Origin: Carcharhinus longimanus
Lineage: Eukaryota
DNA: 64,000 bases
Assembly (NCBI GenBank): GCA_030264375.1
Contig: JASCQW010000112.1
Span: 36,556,444 to 36,620,443, forward strand
Direction: 5' to 3'
Below the pieces are notes generated by a model. It was not told the DNA's origin and did no database searches. It worked only from the letters and a program-made list of their open reading frames with translations. A program made the translations under genes and the position numbers. This document shows positions 12,579 through 25,189 of the stretch, in pieces (position 1 is the stretch's first letter; each line of letters starts with the position of its first letter).

Positions 12579-14399
12579 TTTAGCAGATAGATGAAGGTAG
12601 TTCTGATCCCAAAAATTGTTTAAATTGGTTGAATGAAATCTTCAACAGTTTTGTTATTTATTTCTGGAAAAAAGAAAAATCAGTAATAAACAAGATATAG
12701 CGCACAAAACATGTTCAATTCCCCAGACTGCATCATGATGTTGACAGTTCCATATATTTTAAGTCTAACAGAACGCAAAACATGTTAAAGTAGCACCAAT
12801 GCATTAGGAGTACAAAATTAACATGGAAAACTAGTTCTCTTACTGTACATCACAGGTCAACTTCTTAAATAATTACTCATTGGAATACATAAAAATCAAT
12901 TGATAAGAATTTTTCTCTGACTAGCTATTCTCTTTTCTAAAAGTCCCTAACTCCCAAGTAAGAATGACAGATTTCACAAGTGGACCCGATGGGTTTTTAC
13001 AACATTAATGAAAGTTTCATGGTCATTATTACCAAGGCTGGATTTATTAATTGGATTTTAGATTTCACCAACTGCCCTGGTGAGATTTGAAATTATACCC
13101 CCACATCATCAGCCTGGGTCTCTGGATTATAACACCAATAACATTACCACAATGTCACCATCAAAGGTACGCCAAGGAGCTTGCAGCAAGGAATGAAGGC
13201 AATGTCAATGTTTTCAGTCTTCTGAATAAGTTACTGCGCAAATCTGTGTCTCAGCCAATTCTGGATCTAACATGGGAAGCCTGACAACAGAGAGATGGTG
13301 CAAGGGTCTGAGCAGAGGCAAGGCAAAGCTGGTCAGTCATGAATGTACATTTGGAAACTGATCCCACCTCTGAAAATCCTATTGTCAAGAAACAGCAGGA
13401 AGATGAGTTGGGGATGGGGGGAGTTGGTGGGGGGCAGGGAGGGGGCTAGGGGCTGGGAAGTTGGGGAGACAATGACTTTTCGACAACACCTGAGATAATA
13501 AGGCAGCCATAGGTAGTTAGGCTTGGATGCTAATAGTATCAAGCGAGAAAGGCATTTCCACAGCTGAAGAATAAGCATGCTGAAGGAAGATAACGTAACC
13601 TGATAAAAAAGGTTGCAAAACGGTCAAAAATGGGGTAATGCTCGACAGTGATGATCACCCAGGACATCAGTTGCAACTCTGATTAGCCATTTAGATGATG
13701 TGACATGCGATATGATCAACCTGATTAGAGACGTTCTAACAGAGCTGCATGATGAACAAACATATGGAAGTATAAAAAAAGTCAAAAGACAGTTTGCTTT
13801 TGGATGTAAATTAGAGAGATGGGACTTTCTGCATGAATAAAGGCAACTGGAGCTTTGTGTTATGGGCGGGGAAACAAGCATTCCAGTTTGAATTCAATTC
13901 TGTTTACTTTTCGCACCTTTTCCCAGTGGCTGAGTGGGTTGCCTCCGAGTGCTTCGGTACCCCTCCCCCCTCCCTCAATTCGCGAAGACGAGCTGNNNNN
14001 NNNNNNNNNNNNNNNNNNNNNNNNNNNNNNNNNNNNNNNNNNNNNNNNNNNNNNNNNNNNNNNNNNNNNNNNNNNNNNNNNNNNNNNNNNNNNNNCGCGT
14101 GCTTCGGTACCCCCCCCCCCCCCCCCCCCCCCCTCAATTCGCGAAGACGTGCTGGTTAGGCGCATTGGCTATGCTAAATTTTTCCCTCAGCGTCCCCAAA
14201 TAGGCACTGCAACGTTGCGACTGGGGGATTTTCACAGTAACTTCATTGCAGTGTTAATGTAAGCCTGCTCGTAACACTCATCAATGAACTTCTCAACACT
14301 GCGCAAAATACTGTCAATTAATTCCGCGGGGGACGGAAAGGAGCGGAAATCCTCGATAGATAAAGCAAGAGGACAACCCATTCTCCGCACGGCCCTCAC

Positions 14400-14490
14400 C
14401 TATCCGTCCCAATGTGCCTCTCCAGAATATTCAGCAACAGCGGCTCAATCCACACCTCAGCTCCTCGCGCCCGGAGAGAGGGGCGGGAAA
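14400..14490 (-). other. TXNDC16: Candidate non-coding first exon of TXNDC16
   Basis: Minus-strand donor AG|GTGAGG at 14400/14399 just downstream of the GC-rich promoter; TSS not determinable from sequence. Confidence 0.35.
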
Positions 14491-14760
14491 TACTAACTGC
14501 CGTTGCGGTGCGACGCCACTCGGCTATTGGTTAATCGGGATGTCAATCATACCGCTTGCAGCCGCTTCCGGCGACAGGGGCGGGGGACAGGACCGCGCAT
14601 GCAGCACCCTGCATGTCCGCCTTCCCCCCCTCCGTCCAATCCTGGCCTGTTCTCACGATGATTGACAGGGAGTTTCACCAATGAGCGGGCTGGTGGGGGC
14701 GGGGCAGGCGGCTGCTGGTTGTTTTTTTTGTTTGGGAGGGGAGGGGCGGGTGTTTGTTGC
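14470..14760. promoter_or_regulatory. Bidirectional CpG-rich promoter shared by TXNDC16 and GPR137C
   Basis: CpG-rich. GC boxes (GGGCGG) at about 14481, 14578, 14697 and 14744; CCAAT boxes on both strands at about 14526, 14636 and 14678; ETS/GABP-like CTTCCGG at about 14565. Lies between head-to-head genes. Confidence 0.75.
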
Positions 14761-14897
14761 TCCTGGCGCTGAGGAAGCGGCTGGGCTGGAGGAGATGGAG
14801 AGTGACTGACTGCAGTAACCAGCGCAGCTTTGGCTCAGGATAAGCTGTGGAGGAAGAGGAGAAGAAGAAGAAAAAAAATACCCCAACAACACAAAGC

Positions 14898-15251
14898 ATG
14901 TCTGTGGCAATGACGGCGGCTCCGGACAAGCCCATCCAGGCTGCAGTGCCTCCCTCAGTGGAACTCGGTTTGACTGTGGTCTACACCGCTCTGTACTCCC
15001 TGCTTTTCCTCTTCGTGTACCTGCAGCTCTGGCTGGTCTTGCACTACAAGCACAAGCGCTTCAGCTACCAAACGGTGTTTTTGTTTCTCTGTCTGTTCTG
15101 GGCAGGCCTGAGGACTACCCTCTTTTCTTTTTACTTTAAGAATTGTGTGCAGGCTAATCAGCTGGAGCCTTTGCCTTACTGGCTGTTGTATTGTTTCCCT
15201 GTGTGTTTGCAGTTCTTCACGTTGTGTCTACTAAACCTTTATTTTGCACAG
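14898..15251 (+). CDS. GPR137C: GPR137C exon 1 ([10 protein letters not shown]...[11 protein letters not shown], 118 codons)
   Basis: GPR137-family TM1-3 ([32 protein letters not shown]; [21 protein letters not shown]); cag|gtatgt donor. ATG at 14898 is preferred over the GTG-started ORF in the track. Confidence 0.92.
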
Positions 15252-17262
15252 GTATGTATTTGGGAGGGGGTCAAAACAGAATCTTTTCATTTTCCTACTG
15301 ATCCCGTTATTGTAGCGATAACGGGCATTGCGTTTGTAGGAGACGGCAGAAACACCGGGCAAAGTGCTGATATGTACGGAACTGTCTTTGTCTTTTTTTT
15401 AATACATCCAAATTAGAGCCCGTCTTCTGAGATGTAAGGCGCCTGTATTATGTTCCTCCTATTGTACCAATTTTGCAGAGCAATATGATTTGCCACTGAA
15501 ATAGCGAGTACCTTGATCTGAGAGAGGGACTAATTTAATATGAGAGACTTGTCTTGTCTGGATGAATATTCTAAGCGAACCGTTGTTTTCAAAGAAACAA
15601 GTGAAAACGGGGAGCCATGCCATTCCGGTTTTGGATAATCACCAATTATGACGTTAACTGGTTTGACTGCCCACTGCCTTTCAGAACTGCGTTCGGCTAT
15701 TTATTGGGGGGGGGGGGGGAATGTTTTTTCTGAAATCCCCTAACCAGTTACAACAGATTTTCTTCCGTTGCTAGAGGTTTCTCGACAATTTCATCCATTT
15801 CAAAGGATTTCAGTCTGTTAGTAATCTGGCATTGTTGTTGTTTTTGTTCCAGTCTTGTTTTTAATACGAGCAGATAATCGATAAATAAATGGTCCCATTT
15901 CGCCACCAAAACGATTGCAATTTCCAATTGTTAAAACTTTTTTAATGCTTTGAAGCAATCCGCGTTACCGAGCTGCTATTAATGAACCAGCCTTCCTGCG
16001 GTTATTTCTGTTGCGTACTGTCGATTGAGTTTTGAGAAGATGATCATATTAAAACTCGCGTTTTAATGCTTCACTTATATTTATCAATGTTAACGTAATT
16101 TAAGTTTGTTTACTTGGTTCGACCCGCAAGAACTATGTAGAGGTCGTAGCGATTATTGCAATTCATTTAATTTGAAGTTTGTTCGGGATTACAAGTAAAT
16201 ATTCCATTCGTAAGAATCGTAGCAGCTGGATACTGGAAATAAAAAAATTACTTAACGAGGTAATCCACCTCGGGGTTGGGACGTTCTCGCCTGTCCACGG
16301 CCTCTGATTTGGGTTCGAACTTCAAACTTCCACCCTAGTCAGTTGTGTACATCCTACTGTTTACATAAATAATTGCGCAAAATGTTAATGATTCATTGTA
16401 AATCTCTCTGCATTATCCAGAATAACAAAGGCAAATTTGTCCTTTGCAAGTTAGAAGTACTCTATAAAATTATAAAGGACGAGTACAATACTTAGCCACT
16501 GTCTGGGTGCAACTGAGTTTTGTTATGACCGTCAGAGATAACGTTTTTAAAAAACGTTAACTAACTTAAAATGTGAAACTGTGGTTTTGTTTTAGTTAAA
16601 ACTTCTACTGTAACAAATGACTAGAATTCATTATTGACAAAGTACTTTTTTTTGTGGGTAATGTGTAATTCAGTGACATTCCCATATATACTTACCTATC
16701 AGCCAACACACTCTCCCCAGAATTACAGTCCAGTTACTGACAACTTCCTATGGGTTCCCATATCGCCGCCTCAACAGGTAGCAACTTTGTCACTAAGTGT
16801 TTTTGGAAAGCTTCTTAAATCCACCACCAGTAGTAAAGCATATTCTAATGATTCTTCCCCTTAACTGTGCCACATCAAATCTCTGAAACCCCGAGAACCT
16901 ATAGAAGGCTGCAAGATATATTCCTTTGACTGGAGTGTTTTTCCCCCGTATCCAACTATGTTAGCTCTCAAAGTCAAGGACCCTTTTCTCTCTGGTCGTC
17001 ATGTTTGATTTCTGTTTTTCCATGGAAGCCTGTAACCTGATCTCAAAATGGCTTCCTCTGTCTTCCCCATGGCAGTAGAAACACATTCACATTTCTACCA
17101 AAATATAAAGTTAATTAACTGCCCTTGGCCTCAAATGCCTTTCATCTTAGTAAATTGTGGCACCTTTCTGTTGCTTTAGCAGTATTTACCATGAATAGAT
17201 GCATTGTATCCAAGCATAAATGCCTTGCATCTTCTTCCCAGCAAAATGACCTCAGACTTACC

Positions 17263-17540
17263 CAGGGGTAGCACAATGGTTAACACTGCTGTCTCTGTGC
17301 CAGAGGTCAGGGTTTGATCCCAGCCTTGGATCACTGTGTGGAGTTTGCACAGTCTCCATGTCTGCAGGTGCTTATGTTTCTTTCCACCGTTCACAGATGT
17401 GTAGGTTAGGTGCATTAGCCATGGTAAATGCATGGAATTACAGGGATAGGGCAGGGAGGGGGGCCTGGGCAGAATGCTCTTTTGGAGAGTCAGTGCAGAC
17501 TCAGGCTGAATGGCCTATTTCTGCTTAAGAGTTCTGTGGT
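17263..17540 (+). mobile_element. HE1-type SINE
   Basis: tRNA-like head (gtagcacaatggttaacactgctg...ggtttgatccc), gtgtggagtttgcac core and HER1-like tail. Confidence 0.75.
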
Positions 17541-17924
17541 TACTTTGACCTCTTACAATTAAACCACCCAACCTTGCATCAGAACAGGTCACACAACCAA
17601 TTCATTTACCCCAATAAAGCTACAGTTTCAAAATATAATCTAGAATACCTTAATTGTATCTGCTGTAATTGACAAACTGCCTTCAAATTGAGAATAATTG
17701 AAATATAAAGAGTACTGTTATTATAACTGAGATCAAACAATGCAGACTGTATTGGTATTCATGTTTTTCAGTTGATCTAAAGTTATTTTCTGAATTAATG
17801 TGTGGTGGCCAACTATGCTTTCTGAAGCTTCCTTCCAAAACTTTAACACTCCATTCCTTTCTCAATTTAATAAAAATCTGTTGATAAAACTTTCAGTCAC
17901 CAATACATTAGCTTCCCCACAGTG

Positions 17925-18170
17925 AACTAGGCTTGTACTCGTTAGAGTTTAGAAGAATGAGGGGAGATCTCATTGAGACGTATAAGATGATGAATGGNNN
18001 NNNNNNNNNNNNNNNNNNNNNNNNNNNNNNNNNNNNNNNNNNNNNNNNNNNNNNNNNNNNNNNNNNNNNNNNNNNNNNNNNNNNNNNNNNNNNNNNNTTA
18101 TTGAATGGCGGGGCAGGCTCGAAGGGCCAGATGGCCTACTCCTGCTCCTATTTCTTATGTTCTTATGTTC
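17925..18170 (+). mobile_element. Young CR1 LINE 3' end (gapped)
   Basis: LYSLEFRRMRGDLIETYKMM followed, after the gap, by the tail ...gctcctatttcttatgttcttatgtt. Confidence 0.85.
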
Positions 18171-19249
18171 CTAATCAGCCTTGTACTTGGGGCATCTTGA
18201 TCCTTAATACTAAATGCAACTTGTAATGTCACTTATTGGGGACTATGAAGTTCTGTGAATTCAAAGGACTTCCGGTAGATCCATAAGCAGCCTGCTTTTA
18301 TATTAGATTGAAATTTGTTCTGCTAGGTGATAAGTGATTGAAGCAGTCTTCAAGATGATGGAGAATGAGACTGTCTTGCTTGTAGGTTCTCAAGTGAAGA
18401 TTCTATGGTCTTCGCTTTTATACTAAAATTGCAAGATCAAAAATTCAAGTTTTAATGGATAATATTGTTGCATTAATTGTGTGGTTTTAAGGGAAATAAC
18501 AAATTTCCAGTAGGCCTGAGGCCTTTTTACAGAAGCCTCAGGCACTCCTTGCTTTGACTTTCATTCAGATACAGCGATAAATAAAACTGGCTCTTTTACT
18601 AACTTACTCATCAAACTTTTTTGCTCTGTTATTGCAGCAAGGCATTAACTGTTGAATCCTGAAAGTAAACATGTTTACTGGATGAAAGCTGGCCAACAAC
18701 TTCAAAAAACGATACTAAAACAAACAATGCTGTAACACTCAGTAGTCAAACATTATCTGAGGAGAGAGTTGATGTTTTTTGATCACAACTGTAAAAATTG
18801 TCCTAAGGTCTAAACAAAATGTTACACTGCCTCACTTAAGCTGTAACTATGGCAAACATTCCTTTGTCTGTATTAGAGGAGGAAATAACAAAATTGAAAG
18901 AAAATCATCAAAAAGAAATACACATTTTGAAAGCTCAAGTTACTTTTTTTGTGTGGTAGTCTCCATCTTAAATTGCTTGCTTCAGTGTTTGCTGGAATTG
19001 AGCTCCAGTTGAAGTGAATGATTAGATCAGCATGAGGGGCTGAATGGTGTTATTGTTTGTCACAGCAGAACATAATCTAGTAATGATGGGGGGTTGGGGG
19101 GGGGATTAGGCATTTTCTTCTAAGAAAATTTTAGTGTTGTGGGCTGTTTACATCTGTCTTGTTAACTGAGATTGTTCCCAGTTTGGGCAGTGGTTCTCAA
19201 GTGTGGTGATCGGCCAGAATCCTTATCTACATCCCTTGTGATGTTTCAC

Positions 19250-19795
19250 AACTGTACTGTGTACTGTGAACAGTATTGGTTAATTTATTTAAGGAAAGAT
19301 GTCAATGTGTTGAAAGTGATTCAGAGAAAGTTTGTCAGACTAATACTTGGAATGGGCGAGTTATCTTAGAGCAAAGATTGAACAGGCTAAGCTTGTATCT
19401 AGTGAAGTTTAGACACGCAAGAGACTACTTGATTGAAATGCACAATATCCTGCTGGGGTGGATGTGGAGATATTTCCTCTTGAGAGAATTTAGAATCAAG
19501 GGTCTTTTTTTTTTATTGAAAAGAAATGGGTTGCTCATTTAAAATGGATGAGGCTATTTCTCTTCTTCACGGCTCATGTCTTTGGAATGCTCTTCCTGAC
19601 AAGGTGGTGAAAGCAGAGTCTTTGAATATTTTTAAGGCAGAGGTGGATAGTTTCTTGGTCAGCAAGGGGGTGATAGGTTTCAGGGTAGGCAGGCTACAGC
19701 TTTGAGATTACTATTAGATCAACCATGATTGTAAATGATGGAGCAAGCTCAAGGGACTGAATGCCTGACTCCTGCTCCTTGTTCATATGTTCATA
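19250..19795 (+). mobile_element. Old CR1 LINE 3' fragment
   Basis: YLRKDVNVLKVIQRKFVRLILGM..LS and tail cctgactcctgctccttgttcatatgttcat. Confidence 0.75.
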
Positions 19796-21658
19796 GCTAT
19801 ACTGGCTCCCAGATGTGTGGTGTGAATTGTCGTAAGTGCAAGCAATGGCTGCTTTTGAAAGCAAGATTATTTTTAATTAATATGATGGAATGTAGGTATT
19901 GATTTCTCATTGTGATTTTATAGCATATTAGAATATTTGATTATTTGTGTAAATGTCTATCCTTTTGCTGGTATGCATCAGTAATTTAGTTGAAATATTT
20001 AATACATAAAAAAATACAGTTTAAGGTTAGATATCTGCATAAGTTCTTGTTTATTCTGAGAGCATTGTGGCAAACAGAAGTAAGTTAAGTAAGACCAGTA
20101 GGCAGTCCACAGCATGTTTTGCCCTACCAAAGTGATCTGTAGATTAGGAAGTATGAGAGACACTGAATTAGGATTGTAAGCAATAAAATGTGCACCCCTT
20201 CAAATGTTGCCCCTCACCCTTGCCTGTGGTACATTGCCGAAGGCTATACGGTAAGAGTTGAGAGGAGTCCAGGACTTGCATCCCTGGAAAAACTTTAAAA
20301 CTTTTTGGTTCAATTTGGTCTGGACCCCAGTGCAATTTTACTTTATAAACAACAAAATTAAAATCAAATTCAATTATCAGCAGTAAGTCACTTCCAAAAA
20401 AGCCACTTAACACTGACTGCTAGAGTTGAAAGTATCTGCTCTGGACCCAAACTCTACAGCATCAAAATCTTCTAGTTCTGACATAATTCCTCTTCCCAAT
20501 ATCCATGTTTATGCTGGTACTCATCATCTCTGAGCACTGCTGTTCTCCCCCACCACCACCATTTAAATTCAGTACATGTTGGGAATCTTGTCTTCCTGAT
20601 GAAAAGTACTTTTCACTGCCTTCTCACTTGCTCCTGCCCCACCAAAGCATTAATCTGCATTCTCTCACTTTCTTGAAACAATTCTTCCAATTCCTGCCTT
20701 CCAGGCTGGAAGGAAATGGCTCTGGATGAACCATCAGCAAGCAATGAGCCCTTTGGCAGAACATTTCAAGTTTTAAGTGTCAATTAAGTTCTCGCAGGTC
20801 TGGACCACATGGGCCCGTTTGGTTAAGAACAGATTTTCTTCTCCAAGACGTTTTGTTTTTAGCAAGTCTGGTAGTTTCATGGTCACCATCACTAGCACTA
20901 GCATTTTAATTCCTGATTTAATTAATTAAATTTAGATTGCCTAGGCACTGGTGAAATGGGGACTTGCCTCTGGATTATTTGTTTAGTAACATAACTAGCT
21001 ATTGTAGATCTAACATATGCAGTACTATACATGTATTTGATACAAAGGCAAATTTGAATTCAACTTCCAAAAGTTGCTTAGTAACTGCAAGTGTTTTGAG
21101 AAGTTGAAGTACTACAGCTTCTTGATCTTCAGAAATTACATGGATTCAAGGTATAAATTGTTTATCCTAGCCACTGGCATAAAATAAATTCTAGTCTTAG
21201 TTTCATTGGGGAATTAGTGTATAATGCAAAAGTGTCATTAAACACTAGGATAATTACTTGAGGATAACTATTAGAAATAAACAGGCTACAGTAAAGAAGT
21301 TTTCCTCTGGCATTGGATAGATGTTCCACTTATTCTGCCATTTGCAAATAAAATGGTTACTATTTCTTGCCAAGTGCAGCTTGCAAAATCAAGTGTAACT
21401 CGTCACACTTCCAATGGAAGTTAAATCCATTTTCTGTCCAGCCTCCACTGCAATCATACTGTCTCTGGAGCAACAATAGACTTGACAAAGTTGGATATAT
21501 TTTCTGAGCTGGTATTCAATGTATTCCTCTTCTTGCCGCTGCCCCAATCCCCAGGTGTATTTCTGTCAAATGCTGCTTACTTCAGATCAACAGTGAACTT
21601 CTTCATTTTCTTAATAACGGCAGCTGATGTTCTTTTTGTCTTCCTGAGAGCATATATA

Positions 21659-22328
21659 GTGAGTGAATTAATGAGGGGAGATGGGGACAAATTTGCATTT
21701 ATATATTGCACAGTATTTTTTTTCAAACCATTTTTAAGAATCTCACACATTCAGTTATTTTGAAATGCAATGCCAGTTGTAACATTTGTGGCACTGGGGG
21801 AGCATAAAAGTGAAATGATTGGCCATTTTAAAATATGATTTTTATGCCTCTAATTAAAGAATGTTTTAACTAAAAGATTGGTCATGGGATTGGATTTACA
21901 GACAAGATGGTTGTTAAAGCGACGGTTTCATGCCGTAGGACATGGTTTATTGCAAATTGATGGTTTCATGAAATGAACCACACCTCCAGCTTTAATCTTT
22001 GAGATCACTTACCAGTACTACTGTCCTTGAGTGCTATAGAAGCCTGTGGTGAGAACAAATGGGTGATTTGGAGCTGTAATGTTTACAGCACTGGCATAAA
22101 CTAATATTAGGGGCCCTTTTTTCCTCAAGGGAAAGCAGAGGAAATGGGTCTAGTAGTCTGATACTTTTTGCCTTTTTCTCTGTCTGATACTTAAGTCAAA
22201 ACCAATATAACCCTTCTTATATGAATTACTTAACGGCATTGTGGTGCATATTTATTTGAGTTTGTGCAAAATACTCTGCAATATATAAATGCAAATTTCC
22301 CCTCAACTCCCCTCCTGAATTCACTCAA
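21659..22328. repeat. About 60-bp imperfect inverted repeats (21660-21719 and 22268-22327) flanking about 550 bp
   Basis: Arms match at 53 of 60 positions by manual alignment; TA dinucleotide just outside each arm. Confidence 0.75.
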
Positions 22329-23069
22329 TAGTTTGCACTTAAGGCAACTAACTTTAGTGTTTAATGACCAAAATCTAGACATTGCAAATAAAACAAATAC
22401 AATAAATCCAATTGTGCAGTGAGTGATGGAATTGAGGTTCATGAGTTTCTCTCCCTACTGAATTAGCTAGGGTATCCAATTTGTGTGCCATCATTAACAT
22501 AGAGGAAATGTAGTAAATCCTACATTTATTCCCCTCCTTTCTCTTCAACATTCTCATCTCAAAATGGTGAAGCACTGTTTTATTTGTCATTGAATCCCAG
22601 TAATACAGAAGGAGGCCATTTGGCTCATTGAGTATTCACTGACTCTCCAACAGAACATCTTTTCCAGGCTCAAGCCCCTGCCTGATCCCTGTAATCCCCC
22701 TAACCTGCACATCTTGGAAGGCTAAGGGGCAAGTTAGCATAGCCAGTCCAGCTAACCTGCATATCTTTAGACTGTTGGAAGAAATATATGCAGACATAGA
22801 ATATGCCTCTGGTCTGCCTCTTGACCAATGACTGATGTTTGTATGTAAACTAAACAATTGAGTGTTGGCAAGTTATTTGTGGAGAGTAACATAATTGAAC
22901 CAGAGCATTCAAAGTTTAATCAGGGCTCAAGGTTTTTGAGAACTCGAAGTGTCATTATGTTTTCACCCCCCTGCTTAAGGTAGAGATCAATAGTGACTAA
23001 AAGATCCAGGTGTGGGATTAAGTAGCAGATTTCGGTGCTCACAATATCTGAGAACCAAATGTATTAAAA

Positions 23070-23280
23070 ACCAAAAGAGAGAAGTCTGGCAGCATCTACG
23101 AGAGAAAGCTGACATTGAGTCCACATGAACTTTTGTTGAAGCTCTGACACCACTTTGACAAAGGGTCATTTGGACTCTGTCAACTCTTTTTCCCTCTCAT
23201 GCTGCCAGACCTGCTGAGATTTTCTAGCATTCTCTTTGGTTTCAGATTCCAGTATCTACAGTAATTTGCTTTTATCCAAT
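23070..23280. mobile_element. Penelope-like element terminal repeat remnant (inverted arrangement)
   Basis: gtctggcagcat...gagtcc...tgac paired with gtca...ggactc...atgctgccagac; related copies at about 6770, 25200 and 43090. Confidence 0.5.
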
Positions 23281-23381
23281 ATTTAATAGATTAGTTGATC
23301 TGTGACATAGATGGAGTCTGAAGCCTGGTTGTGAAAGTGATGGCTATGTTTGAGTGGCCTCCTTTTGGTCACTGTTCAGCT

Positions 23382-23473
23382 ACCTTCAAATTAGTCTCAA
23401 GTTGACTTCATGTGGTGACAGTAGCTGTAAAATTTTCAGATACCTGAAGTCAACTTGAGACTAATTTGAAGGT
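23382..23473. repeat. Perfect 29-bp inverted repeat with 34-nt spacer
   Basis: accttcaaattagtctcaagttgacttca (23382-23410) is the exact reverse complement of tgaagtcaacttgagactaatttgaaggt (23445-23473). Confidence 0.95.
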
Positions 23474-24245
23474 TATTTCGGTGGATTCGCTTCTATTTAT
23501 AAATTACCAACACGTCTCCAAGTGCAGGCATAATTCAGTAATCGTTTTGTCATTTTTAACCTATTTTCCAATAATGTGATGTTTATAGTTGAATCTCAAA
23601 ACATATAATGTCTTAAAGCAGAATAGATTCAGAGCATAGAATCATCTTTGTTTCTCTGTCCTTCAGCCCATATGACAATGCATTACAGCACTACCACAGA
23701 TGTGATGGTACAATTACAATGTGCTAAGTTAAGAGCCAGTTCCATTATACTGTGCCTTGGGAATTTATGATGGAAACAGTTGATACAGAAGTGTGATTAA
23801 AAATATAACTATAGGAAATAAGGCTGTATGTTTCTGAATCATGCCTCAACCCATTCCCTTTATCCCTCTTCCTTATTCTGCTTCACTTTGATCTGCTCCT
23901 TTGTTTCTTTACCAAGTCATTTGTTTCCTCCCTCAGTTTCTGCACTGAACAAGTTGTCTTCCTGATTTATTTTTCCCCTCGTTCTCTCAATGGATGTGAT
24001 GGACAGGGCCAGCCTTTGTTGTTTATCCCTAGTTACTCTGAGAATTGGCAACAGACTTCCCCCTTCAAATATGTGCATTATTGATACAACAGAATAGTTA
24101 ACTTGATCATTTCAGGGACAATTAATAGTCAATCTTGTTGGTGTGGATCTAGAGTCACATACAGACTAGTGCTTAACCAGAGGACATTTGTGAATCATTT
24201 GGTTTCTTACAATAAATAACCTGACAAATTTATGATCTCTTTTAC

Positions 24246-24893
24246 TGTGTCAGGGGTCAGTTTAGAAACTCCAAGATGCACTATGAAGTTAATCTAGACC
24301 AGAAATGTTTGATTTTGGCATTAGTGTGAGCATAAGGTGTTTCACCCCAGATGTGATTCTATTGACCCACTAGGAAGCATTTAACTTTTACTAATTGAAA
24401 TACTTAAATATGATATACTTTTTAACTGCTAGCTGATCTCTATTAGTTCCATTTTAAACAATATTCCCCATGGACCTAAACTTCATAATCAGTTAACAAA
24501 AACACAGGCTTGCTTGGGTCGCCAGTCATCACATCTTTAACACCTTTAGAGAGAAAGACAGATCTAGTTTGTAACAGGTCCTGAACTTCAGCCTACAGAG
24601 AAAAGAGCTGTTGCTGTTGGCAAATGCAAAGAGACTTCCCCCATTGTAAACATATCTCCTCCATTAGCACACAACGTGCTCTTGTCAATCTAATCGAACA
24701 CTACCCTGAAAGCCCACAGGACTACCCAAAAAATAACAAAACTGCATTAACTCAGATTAAAACAAACATCTCAATAACTATGAGCAATTATTCTTCTGTG
24801 TTCTCAGCAGGTGGGCTGCCTGGAGTAGACAAAACACCATAACCAGAGCTGAAGTTTAAAACCATTGCCTTAACAAGAAACAGCATAATCACA
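24246..24893. mobile_element. Possible solo LTR
   Basis: TGTG...CACA termini with imperfect 4-bp flanks (ttac/atac); about 650 bp, no ORF. Family not confirmed. Confidence 0.35.
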
Positions 24894-25189
24894 ATACTAC
24901 TCTTGATCTAAGTGTTTATATGAGAGATGTGGATGTTTTACCATCTTCGGTGGTTGTCCCAATTTTAATTCCAGCAGCAACCATTTTTGTACATTTTAGA
25001 AGAAAACACTTATTATCCCACATGTGGCATGGAAGTTGATTCAATAAGTGTCAAAAGGGTATTGGATAAATGTTTGAAGGGGGAAAAAATTGTCGGGCTA
25101 TGAAAAGGACAGGGGAACACAATTTAATGGTTCTTACAAAATCTGGCATGGGTATCATGAGCCAAATGTTGTCCATTCCAATTAATCTG

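Noticed and set aside
13946-14150. Apparent direct repeat (gtgcttcggtaccc...cctcaattcgcgaagacg) on both sides of an N gap
   Set aside because: Most likely an unresolved contig overlap around a poly-C run, not a biological tandem repeat.
14847-14897. ORF-track N-terminal extension [17 protein letters not shown] of GPR137C
   Set aside because: Starts at GTG in a low-complexity 5' UTR; the first in-frame ATG is at 14898.
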